Shown: positions 47,932-56,233 of the stretch, piece after piece | Layout: every line of letters begins with the position of its first letter | How positions within the stretch are numbered: the stretch's first letter is position 1 | Assembly: GCA_963837825.1 (NCBI GenBank) | Contig: CAWIOR010000006.1 | Span: 111,954-175,953, forward strand | Direction: 5' to 3' | DNA from: an uncultured Chloroflexia bacterium | Lineage (GTDB): Bacteria > Chloroflexota > Limnocylindria > Limnocylindrales > CSP1-4 | Length of the DNA: 64,000 nt | The notes under the pieces: model-generated | Seen by the model: only the letters and a program-made list of their open reading frames with translations | Database searches by the model: none | Told to the model about the DNA's origin: nothing | Program-made: the position numbers and the translations under genes

Positions 47932-48777
47932 CTAGGGCTTCTCGATCGGGGCGCCGACCATGTTGCCGAACTCGCTCCACGACCCGTCGTAGTTGACCAC
48001 CACCGGGTAGCCCAGCAGGTACTTCAGGACGAACCAGGTGTGCGACGAGCGCTCGCCGATCCGGCAGTAGGTGATGACCGACTTGTCGGGGGTGATCCCC
48101 TTCTCCGCGTACAGGGCGGCGAGGTCGCCGGCCGACTTGAAGGTGTCGTCATCCTCGATCGCCTTGGCCCACGGGATGTTCGCCGCACCGGGGATGTGGC
48201 CGCCACGCTGGGCGGCCTCGTTGGCGTACTCCGGCGGGGCGGTGATCTCGCCCGTGTACTCCGCCGGGGACCGCACGTCCACGTAGGCCACGTCGCTCCG
48301 GCCGAGCGACGAGAGGACTCCGGGCAGAAGGGCCCGCAGGCCGAGGTCGGCGCCGCCGGCCGAGTAGGTCGTCCGAGTGAAGCTCGGCACGTCCTCGGTC
48401 ATCTCCCGGCCCTCGTCGATCCACTTCCGACGGCCGCCGTTCATCAGGCGGACGTCGGCGTGCCGGTAGATCTTGAACGTCCAGAAGGCGAACGCGGCGA
48501 ACCAGTTGCGCATGTCGCCGTACAGGACCAGGGTGGTCTCGGGTGTCACCCCGACGCGGCCCATCAGCTCCTCGAACTGGCTCTTCGAGAGGATGTCGCG
48601 TCGGACCTGGTCGTTGATGTCCTTCTTCCAGTCGACCAGCGCCGCGTTGCGCAGGTGGCCGAGCTCGTAGGCGCTCTCGGGATCGTAGTCGACCTCCAGG
48701 AGGCGGACGCCGGGGTCGTCCTGATGCTCCTTGACCCACTCGGTGCTCACCAGAACCTTGGGATCCGCGTAATCCAT
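47932..48777 (-). CDS. Two-domain rhodanese, thiosulfate/3-mercaptopyruvate sulfurtransferase (SseA/CysA-like); intact.
   Basis: 281 aa. The active-site loop 'VITYCRIGERSSHTWFVLKYLLGYP' carries CRIGER. Confidence 0.85.
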   Translation of the reverse strand: MDYADPKVLVSTEWVKEHQDDPGVRLLEVDYDPESAYELGHLRNAALVDWKKDINDQVRRDILSKSQFEELMGRVGVTPETTLVLYGDMRNWFAAFAFWTFKIYRHADVRLMNGGRRKWIDEGREMTEDVPSFTRTTYSAGGADLGLRALLPGVLSSLGRSDVAYVDVRSPAEYTGEITAPPEYANEAAQRGGHIPGAANIPWAKAIEDDDTFKSAGDLAALYAEKGITPDKSVITYCRIGERSSHTWFVLKYLLGYPVVVNYDGSWSEFGNMVGAPIEKP

Positions 48778-48994
48778 CGTTCGCCTCCTGGCGTCTTGGC
48801 CTGGCTACGCTTGGTTGACCGGTCGCGACCGTGCGTGGATTCTAGCGCGCGGCTACCCCGTCGTTGGCCCATGCTGCGCGGCCCGGGTCGGGCCCCGGCA
48901 CGCACGTCGGGGGTCCGAGGGCGCACCATGTGGGTCGCCGTGCCACGTGGCGGGGTCGACCCTCGACCAGCGACTCGAGGCGGAGTGAGCGTCC

Positions 48995-49810
48995 GTGAGC
49001 GACACGCGTGGGACAACGCTCTCCCGGGACGGGACACCGATCGCCTGGTTCCGCTCGGGGACCGGACCGCCGATCGTCCTCGTCCACGGGGCGACCGCCG
49101 ACCACACCGCCTGGCGGACGGTCGGGCCGCTGCTCGCCCCGTCCCACACGCTCTACGCGCTCGACCGCCGCGGGCGCGGCGCCAGCGGGGACACGCCGCC
49201 GTACGCGATCGCCCGCGAGTACGAGGACGCGGCCGCGGTCGTCGACGCGGTCGCCGCGGACGAGGGCCGCCCGGTCGACCTCGTGGGCCACTCGTACGGC
49301 GGCCGGATCGGACTCGGCGCGGCGCTGCTCAGCCCGAACCTGCGGCGCCTGGTCGTCTACGAGGGGGCGCCCGCGCCGGAGGGTCGGTCGTTCCACGGCG
49401 AGGCGGTGATGGCCCGCCTCGAGGCGCTCGCCGCGGCGGACGATCGGGCCGGTCTCCTGGCCGACTTCCTGGGGACGGTCGTCGGGATGACGGCCGGCGA
49501 GCTCGACGCCTACCGCGCCTCGCCGTCCTGGCCGGCCCGGGTGGCGGCCGCGCCCACGGTCATCCGCGAGATGTGGGCCGAGGCCGGCGAGGAAGCCGGC
49601 CCGGAGCGCTACGCCGGGATCCGGATCCCGGTCCTCCAGATCGTCGGCGGGGAGAGCGGCTCCCTGTTCACCGACGGGACCTGGGCACTCGACCGGCTCC
49701 TGCCGAACGGCCGGGTCGTGGTCATCCCGGGCGCCAGGCACGCCGCCCACCACACCCACCCGGAGCGGTTCGCGGCCGAGCTCCGTGCCTTCCTCGAGTC
49801 GCCCGGGTGA
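48995..49810 (+). CDS. Alpha/beta-fold hydrolase; intact.
   Basis: 'IVLVHGATADHTAW...VDLVGHSYGGRIGL' is the GxSxG nucleophile elbow. Confidence 0.75.
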   Translation: MSDTRGTTLSRDGTPIAWFRSGTGPPIVLVHGATADHTAWRTVGPLLAPSHTLYALDRRGRGASGDTPPYAIAREYEDAAAVVDAVAADEGRPVDLVGHSYGGRIGLGAALLSPNLRRLVVYEGAPAPEGRSFHGEAVMARLEALAAADDRAGLLADFLGTVVGMTAGELDAYRASPSWPARVAAAPTVIREMWAEAGEEAGPERYAGIRIPVLQIVGGESGSLFTDGTWALDRLLPNGRVVVIPGARHAAHHTHPERFAAELRAFLESPG

Positions 49811-49853
49811 GCGTCCGGAGACGGCCCGCAGCCCGGGCCACTACCATCCGACC

Positions 49854-50999
49854 ATGACCGAACGCACGATCCCGATCGCCGACCCGGCCCCGTCGGGGGC
49901 GACCGACTCCGACGCCCGACCGTACTCACCGGGACTGGCCGGCGTGGTCGCCGGCGAGACCGCCCTCGCCCTCGTCGACGGGGAGAACGGCCGGCTCCTC
50001 TACCGCGGCTACCCGATCGGCCAGCTCGTCGAGCACGGGACGTTCGCGGCCGTGGCCGAGCTGCTCTGGACGGGCGAGTGGCATCCGGCCGCCCGGTTGG
50101 CCGCCGCGCCGCTGCCGTCTGCCGTCGAGGCCGTCCTGCGGGCCCTGCCGCGGGAGACGCTCCCGATGGACGCCCTCCGGACGGCGATCAGCGCCTGGGG
50201 TGCTGCCGAGCGCCCCCCGGCGCCACCGACCGTCGAGCAGGCCCGGGCGATCACCACCGTCGCCCCGACCGCGCTCGCCGCCTGGGGCCGGATCCGCGAG
50301 GGTCTCGAACCGGTCGCGCCGGACCCCGACCTGTCGCTCGCCGGCGCCTTCCTCCAGATGCTCACCGGGGAGCGCCCGGACGAGGCCCGCGCCCGCGCGC
50401 TCGACGCCTACTTCATCGTCGCCGCGGAGCACGGCTTCAACGCCTCGACCTTCGCCGCCCGGGTGATCACCTCGACCCGGTCCGACCTGGCCTCGGCGGT
50501 CTGCGGCGCGATCGGGGCGCTCAAGGGCCCGATCCACGGCGGGGCGCCGACCGAGGTCGTCAGCCAGCTCCACGAGATCGGCTCGGCCGACCGGGCCGAG
50601 GCCTGGATCCGGGCCGCGCTCGATCGCCGCGAGCGGTTGATGGGCTTCGGGCACCGGGTCTACCGGGCCTACGACCCTCGGGCGGCCGCGCTCCGCAAGG
50701 TCGCCGAGTCGATGGGCGGGATGGCCGACTGGCTCGACCTCGCGGTCAAGGTCGAGGACATCGCCCTGCGCCTGCTGGCCGAGCGCCATCCCGAGCGGCC
50801 GCTCAAGACGAACGTCGAGTACTACACGGCCGCCGTCCTCCAGGGCATCCAGCTCCAGCCCGAGTTCTATCCGGCGACCTTCGCCCTCGCCCGGAACGCC
50901 GGCTGGACCGCCCACTGCATCGAGCAGGCCGCGGCCGACCGGATCATCCGGCCCGACGTCCGCTACACGGGCCCGGCCGAGCGCGACCTGCCCGTCTGA
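49854..50999 (+). CDS. Citrate synthase family protein (citrate or 2-methylcitrate synthase, short type); intact.
   Basis: 'GFGHRVYRAYDPRA' is the signature region, and 'HGGAPTEVV' the catalytic His. Confidence 0.85.
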   Translation: MTERTIPIADPAPSGATDSDARPYSPGLAGVVAGETALALVDGENGRLLYRGYPIGQLVEHGTFAAVAELLWTGEWHPAARLAAAPLPSAVEAVLRALPRETLPMDALRTAISAWGAAERPPAPPTVEQARAITTVAPTALAAWGRIREGLEPVAPDPDLSLAGAFLQMLTGERPDEARARALDAYFIVAAEHGFNASTFAARVITSTRSDLASAVCGAIGALKGPIHGGAPTEVVSQLHEIGSADRAEAWIRAALDRRERLMGFGHRVYRAYDPRAAALRKVAESMGGMADWLDLAVKVEDIALRLLAERHPERPLKTNVEYYTAAVLQGIQLQPEFYPATFALARNAGWTAHCIEQAAADRIIRPDVRYTGPAERDLPV

Positions 51000-51035
51000 G
51001 CACCGCCCCGGCCGAGCTCCGCAGCCAGGCGAGCG

Positions 51036-52028
51036 TTACAGCCAGCCGCGGCGGCGGAAGACGAGGACCAGGACGACCAGCAGCACCGCCATCGCGGCGA
51101 GGATGGCCCAGAAGGCGCTGATGTCGCCCTCGCCGGGGACCTTGACGTTCATCCCGAAGATGCTCGCGACGAGGGTCAGCGGGAGGAGGACGACGCTGGC
51201 CGCGGTCAGGATCCGGAACGAGTCGTTGAGGCGGTGGGAGAGGACCGACTCGTTGGTCGACTCCAGTCCCTCGACGACCTCCTTGTAGTTCTCGAGGATG
51301 TCCCAGATCCGCTCGGCGGCGTCGCTGATGTCGTCGAAGTAGATCTCGAGCTCCTCGGCCAGGTAGCGCTGCTTGGCCTTCTCGAGATCGGCCAGCACGG
51401 CCTGCTGGGGGCGGACGATCTTGCGGAAGTTGATGATCTCCTGCTTGACGTCCGAGATGTCCCGGACGACCTGGTCGGAGCGACCCTCGAAGATGTCGTC
51501 CTCGATCCGCTCGAGCTTCAGCCCGACCTTGCGGAGCATCGGGAACGACGCGTCGACACTCCCATCGACCAGCTTGTAGAGGAGGTACCCGGAACCCTTC
51601 GAGAACGTCTCCTCACGGAGGTCTTCGCGCGCCTCGTACCGCTCGAAGATCGCCCGCAGCGGGGGGAACGGCTCGTTCGGCAGGGTGATCAGGAAGTCCG
51701 GCCCGACGAACAGGTCGACCTCGGCCGGGAGCAGCCGACGGGTCGTCTTGTCGAAGCTCGGGAACTGGAGAACGATGAACAGGTACTCGTCGTAGGCGTC
51801 GAGCTTCGGGCGCTGGTTGCGCGAGAAGAGGTCCTCGAAGTCGAGCGGGTGGAAGCCGTAGTCCGATTCGAGCCACGCCTGATCGCTCGGGTTCGGTCGC
51901 TCGACGTTCACCCAGCGCAGGCCGGCCGCCTCGATGACCTCGATCCGGGGCGTGCTCGGCAGCGTCTCGAGGACCGTCCGCTCGGCATGCGAGCGGCGCC
52001 GGAGCGTCGGGCGGGGCAGGTTGGGCAT
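51036..52028 (-). CDS. corA: Magnesium/cobalt transporter CorA; intact.
   Basis: The C-terminal TM pair carries the GMN motif 'ASIFGMNVKVPGE'. Confidence 0.9.
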   Translation of the reverse strand: MPNLPRPTLRRRSHAERTVLETLPSTPRIEVIEAAGLRWVNVERPNPSDQAWLESDYGFHPLDFEDLFSRNQRPKLDAYDEYLFIVLQFPSFDKTTRRLLPAEVDLFVGPDFLITLPNEPFPPLRAIFERYEAREDLREETFSKGSGYLLYKLVDGSVDASFPMLRKVGLKLERIEDDIFEGRSDQVVRDISDVKQEIINFRKIVRPQQAVLADLEKAKQRYLAEELEIYFDDISDAAERIWDILENYKEVVEGLESTNESVLSHRLNDSFRILTAASVVLLPLTLVASIFGMNVKVPGEGDISAFWAILAAMAVLLVVLVLVFRRRGWL

Positions 52029-52381
52029 CGGGCACCTCGACGGGACCCCAGCATTCTACGAGCGGGCGGGCACGTTTCTGGGGCCTACATGCGGCCCGTG
52101 GCGCGCGCGAGCGGCCCGACGGCGGCGCCCAGGGTCGAGCCGCCGCGCGCCGGACTTCGTCGTTCAGCAGTGGGTGTGGTGCGGGACCGCCGCGCCGGCG
52201 GCCGCCAGGCCGTCAGGCCGCCGCGGCCGGCACTCGTCGGCCCCGGACAGCGTTCCCGCTGCTAGGCGGTGACGTGCGACTGACGATCGGCTGTCCCGGA
52301 CCACGGGCGTTGCTGAGTGACGGGGAGCGGTCCGCGGATCGGGCAGGCGGCGCGGCGCGGCGGCCGTGCCGGACCACGTTC

Positions 52382-53704
52382 TCAGCCCGCGGCGCGCGCC
52401 GGCGGCCGGGTGCGGGCGGAGCGCCAGACGACCAGCGCCCCCATGAGGTAGATCGCGGCGCCGACCCAGAAGGGCGCCCACAACCCGAAGCCGACGACGA
52501 GCGCTCCGATCGTCGGGCCGACGATCCCCGCCGCATAGAGCGGCAGGTAGACGAGGTTCAGGGTCGCCGACCGCCGCTCGGCCGGGACCTCCATCGCGAG
52601 CAGCCCGAAGACCATCGCGCTGATCGCGGCCCCGAAGGCGGCCAGGGCGACCGCCACCAGGGCCAGGAGCGGGATCGACCCGACGACCGGCATCGCCAGC
52701 AAGGCGACACCCGCCCCCGCGAGCGCCGCGACGAGGACCGGCCGGAAGCCGATCCGGTCGCCGATCCAGCCGCCGACCGGGGAGACGAGCGCACCGACCA
52801 GGGCCGCCGTCCCCGTCACCAGGGCGATCGCGCTGGCCAACCCGGCGGCGTCGGTCGACACCCGCTCGACCACGACCGGGATGTACGACCGGCTCAGCTG
52901 GGTGCCGAGGAAGGCGACCCCGAAGATGGCGAAGATCCGGCGGACGGCGGGATCGGCCAGCACCCCGCGGACCGCCCCGAACGCCAGGTGCAGCACTCGC
53001 CCCTCGGGCACGACCTCCGGCCGGACCTCGCGCGAGCCCACGGCGACCAGCAGCGCCGTCGCGACCGACAGCCCCGCCGAGACCCAGAAGACCACGGCCA
53101 GGGGCAGGCCCAGACCGTCGACGATGAGCCCGCCGAGGACCGGCCCGACCGCGAAGCCGATCGGCCCGCTGGCCCCGAAGATCGCGATCAGCGTGCCGAG
53201 GCGCCACCGCGGGACGACGTCCCGGATCGCGGCGAGCATGACCCCGGTGTTGCCGAGCTGGAGCCCGACGAGGAGCATGCTCCCGGCGAGCTGCCACGGC
53301 TCGCGGCTGAGGGCGACGCAGGCGAAGACGACGGCCTCGACCACGGCGCTCCGGATGATCACCGCCTTGCGGCTGTACTTGTCGGCCCAGACGCCCCACA
53401 GCGGGACGAGCGGCGCACCGACGATGAAGATGAGCGAGCCGAAGATCCCCACGAACCGGAGCCGGTCGGGCTCGGCCACCCCCATCTCCCGCAGGTAGAG
53501 CGGCGCGAAGGCGAAGATCTGGCTGACCCCGAGGCCCTCGACCATCGAGGTGACCCAGAAGACCAGGAGGATGACCCGCCAGTCCGCGGCCGGGCGCTGG
53601 TCGGTGGCCGGAGGCTGGACGGGGCCCGACGAGGCGGGGGCCGGAGTCGTCGGCGCTGCGGGTGCGGGTGGCGTCGGGGTCGGGTCGGGAACGGTCGCGG
53701 CCAC
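52382..53704 (-). CDS. MFS transporter; intact.
   Basis: 12 TM pattern, Pro/Ala-rich N-terminus. Confidence 0.8.
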   Translation of the reverse strand: MAATVPDPTPTPPAPAAPTTPAPASSGPVQPPATDQRPAADWRVILLVFWVTSMVEGLGVSQIFAFAPLYLREMGVAEPDRLRFVGIFGSLIFIVGAPLVPLWGVWADKYSRKAVIIRSAVVEAVVFACVALSREPWQLAGSMLLVGLQLGNTGVMLAAIRDVVPRWRLGTLIAIFGASGPIGFAVGPVLGGLIVDGLGLPLAVVFWVSAGLSVATALLVAVGSREVRPEVVPEGRVLHLAFGAVRGVLADPAVRRIFAIFGVAFLGTQLSRSYIPVVVERVSTDAAGLASAIALVTGTAALVGALVSPVGGWIGDRIGFRPVLVAALAGAGVALLAMPVVGSIPLLALVAVALAAFGAAISAMVFGLLAMEVPAERRSATLNLVYLPLYAAGIVGPTIGALVVGFGLWAPFWVGAAIYLMGALVVWRSARTRPPARAAG

Positions 53705-53804
53705 CGCGACAGGCTAGCGGACGCGGGCCGTCCGGTGCGGTCGACCGCCGGCCGGGCCCTGGCCATCGACCCAGGGTTCACGCGGCGACGACCTTCGGAC
53801 GTGC

Positions 53805-54422
53805 ATGATGGCGGCGATGGATCGGATCGCCCTGCCGTCCGGCGCCCTCGTCGTCCTCGTCGGCGTGTCGGGCGCGGGGAAGTCGACGTTCGCCGCGCGG
53901 CACTTCCGCCCGACCGAGGTGCTGTCGTCGGATGCCTTCCGGGCCATCGTGGCCGACGACGCCGCCGACCAGCGGGCCAGCAGCGCGGCGTTCGAGCTCC
54001 TCTACCTGGCCGCCCGGCGGCGCCTCGAGCGCGGCCGGCTGACCGTGATCGACGCCACGAACGTGACGCGCTCCGCCCGGGTCGAGCTCGTCGCGCTCGC
54101 GCTCGCGGCCCGCCGGCCGGCCGTCGCGATCGTCCTCGATCCGCCGCTCGAGGTGTGCCTCGACCGGAACGCCGGCCGCGCGGGCCGGATCGTCGGAGTG
54201 GGGGTCGTCGGTCGCCAGGCGGACGAGCTGCAGCGCTCGCTCGGCGATCCGGACGGACTGGCGAGCGAAGGGTTCGCCGCGGTCCACCGGCTGCCGGATC
54301 CGGGCGTCGTCACCGAGGTGACCATCGTCCGCGCCGCCCGCCGAGGCGCGGAGGGTGCCGGGCCGGGTACGATTCCCGCCACGTGGGCCCGCTCGCCCGA
54401 CGACAGGAGGACCGCCCGATGA
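53805..54422 (+). CDS. P-loop kinase of the polynucleotide-kinase/AAA_33-like family; intact.
   Basis: 'VVLVGVSGAGKSTFAARHFRPTEVLSSD...LTVIDATN...VAIVLDPPLEVCLDRNAGR' matches the Walker A and the Pnkp-kinase-like layout. Confidence 0.65.
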   Translation: MMAAMDRIALPSGALVVLVGVSGAGKSTFAARHFRPTEVLSSDAFRAIVADDAADQRASSAAFELLYLAARRRLERGRLTVIDATNVTRSARVELVALALAARRPAVAIVLDPPLEVCLDRNAGRAGRIVGVGVVGRQADELQRSLGDPDGLASEGFAAVHRLPDPGVVTEVTIVRAARRGAEGAGPGTIPATWARSPDDRRTAR

Positions 54423-55330
54423 CCGAGGCCCAGTGGCGCACCGTCGCGATCGTCCTGGCCGTCGTCCTGGCGGGCCTGGTCGGCGTCATCTTCGTGACCG
54501 GCCTGCCGGGCGGTTCGTCCGGGCCGACCGCGTCGCCGTCGATCGCGAACGCCTCCCCGTCGGCGGGAGCCGCGTCCGGATCCCCGGCCGGCTCGGCGGT
54601 GCCATCGGTCGCGCCGAGCGCCATCGGGTCGACCGCCCCGAGCGCCTCCGCCTCGACCGGGCCGAGCGCCAGCCCGACCGTCGCGCCGACGGCCGGCCTG
54701 GCCCAGATCACGTTCACCGACTTCCGCCTCGACGCCGCCGCCGATGCCGGGGGCAAGGCCCGCACGTTCACGTTCAAGACCGACGGACCCGGCACGGTGA
54801 CCGCCAAGCTGACCGCCAAGAGCCCGCAGGGGACGACCAGGTTCTGCCTCCGCGTCGGCGCCTCGACGCCGCTCTGCCGGAACTGGTCGGGCGGGACGCT
54901 GAAGGGGATCACGTCGGCGAAGGGCCAGACCACGTTCGTGGTCACGCTGCGAGGCGTCGGGATCGCCACCCCGACGGTGAACCTCGGCCTGACCTTCCGG
55001 ACCAAGACACCGTCGGTGACGGTGACGAACGCCCGATTCGATGGCACGGCCAGCGAGGCCAAGGGCTACAACGGATTGAACGGCCGGGCCAAGATCCGGT
55101 CGGGCGGCGTGATCTCGGTCCGGGCCGACTGGGGTGGCAAGCCGTTCGACTACACCTACTCGCTGGTCGACCTGGTCGAGCCGTCGGCCGGCGGCGTCTT
55201 CCCCGGCAACTCGACCGGGATCGACCGGACCGACCCGGCGACGCCGACCCACAACTACGGGTTCAGCCTGGTCAACGCGGAGTCCGGCTTCGGGCGGACT
55301 CCGATGACGATGACCGTCGCCTGGAAGTAG
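54419..55330 (+). CDS. Membrane-anchored extracytoplasmic protein of unknown function with an Ala/Ser/Pro linker and a beta-rich domain. It is translationally coupled to the kinase by an ATGA overlap.
   Basis: 'MTEAQWRTVAIVLAVVLAGLVGVIFV' is a signal anchor. It is followed by an about 70-aa low-complexity linker, then 'ITFTDFRLDAAADAGGKARTFTFKTDGPGTVTAKLTAK...'. Confidence 0.55.
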   Translation: MTEAQWRTVAIVLAVVLAGLVGVIFVTGLPGGSSGPTASPSIANASPSAGAASGSPAGSAVPSVAPSAIGSTAPSASASTGPSASPTVAPTAGLAQITFTDFRLDAAADAGGKARTFTFKTDGPGTVTAKLTAKSPQGTTRFCLRVGASTPLCRNWSGGTLKGITSAKGQTTFVVTLRGVGIATPTVNLGLTFRTKTPSVTVTNARFDGTASEAKGYNGLNGRAKIRSGGVISVRADWGGKPFDYTYSLVDLVEPSAGGVFPGNSTGIDRTDPATPTHNYGFSLVNAESGFGRTPMTMTVAWK

Positions 55331-55336
55331 GACGGC

Positions 55337-56212
55337 TCAGCCGAGGCGGACAAGGACGATCGCCACGAGCGCCGCGGCGACGCCGATAGCGTGGACGCCG
55401 ACGACCCGCTCCTTGAGGACGATCGCCGCCAGGATGAGGGTGGTCACCGGGTAGAGCGAGGACAGGATCGCCGCGATGTCGAGGCGGCCGGCCTGGGCGG
55501 CGAGGATGAAGAAGCCGTTGCCGGCCATGTCCAACCCGCCGACGAGCACGGCCAGCGGCCAGACCGGCCGCGGCACGCGCCAGGCCCGTCGGGCGGTCAC
55601 GATGACCGTTCCGATCAGCGCGGCTTCGGTCAGCCGGACGAAGACGAGCGGGGCGAACACCGAGCCCGGCGTCAGCCGGCTGATGATCAGGTTGAGCAAC
55701 CCGAGCGAGACGCCGGCCAGCAGGCCGATCGCGACGTCGGCCGGGATCCCCGCGACCCGGTCGATCCGGCCGGTCGCCGAGCCACCCCCACCCGGGCTGG
55801 CCGAGACGAGCACGACGGCGACGAGCGCCAGCGCGATCCCGGCCAGGGCCGCCGGGCCGGGCAGGCCCTGGAGGACGATCCCGGCGCTGACCGGGACGAC
55901 CGCCGAGAGGACCCCGCTGATCGGGGCGACGACCCCCATCCGCCCCGTCGACAGGCCGCGGTAGAGGGCCCAGATCCCGGTCCCGCCGACGACGCCCCCG
56001 GCGACCGCGATCGCCAGGTCGCGCGGCGCGGGCGCCGGCTCGCCGCGGACGACGGCCAGCCCGAGGGCCAGGCCGCAGCCGATGAGCTGGGTGAACAGGA
56101 TCACCCCGAACAGGGGCGCCCGGCGGCCGGCGATCCCGCCGCCGAAGTCGGCCGAGCCCCACGCCGCGGCCGAGGCGAGCCCGAGGACGACGACAGCGGT
56201 CTGGGGATCCAT
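55337..56212 (-). CDS. EamA/DMT-family transporter; intact.
   Basis: 10 TM duplicated EamA pattern. Confidence 0.8.
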   Translation of the reverse strand: MDPQTAVVVLGLASAAAWGSADFGGGIAGRRAPLFGVILFTQLIGCGLALGLAVVRGEPAPAPRDLAIAVAGGVVGGTGIWALYRGLSTGRMGVVAPISGVLSAVVPVSAGIVLQGLPGPAALAGIALALVAVVLVSASPGGGGSATGRIDRVAGIPADVAIGLLAGVSLGLLNLIISRLTPGSVFAPLVFVRLTEAALIGTVIVTARRAWRVPRPVWPLAVLVGGLDMAGNGFFILAAQAGRLDIAAILSSLYPVTTLILAAIVLKERVVGVHAIGVAAALVAIVLVRLG

Positions 56213-56233
56213 CGCGCCGAGCGGGCGGCCGGG

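Noticed and set aside
52274-55330. 1018-aa plus-strand ORF spanning the MFS gene antisense
   Set aside because: Only the final about 300 codons (54419-55330) look like a real protein. The upstream part is Asp/Arg/Gly/Pro low-complexity antisense to the intact MFS transporter.
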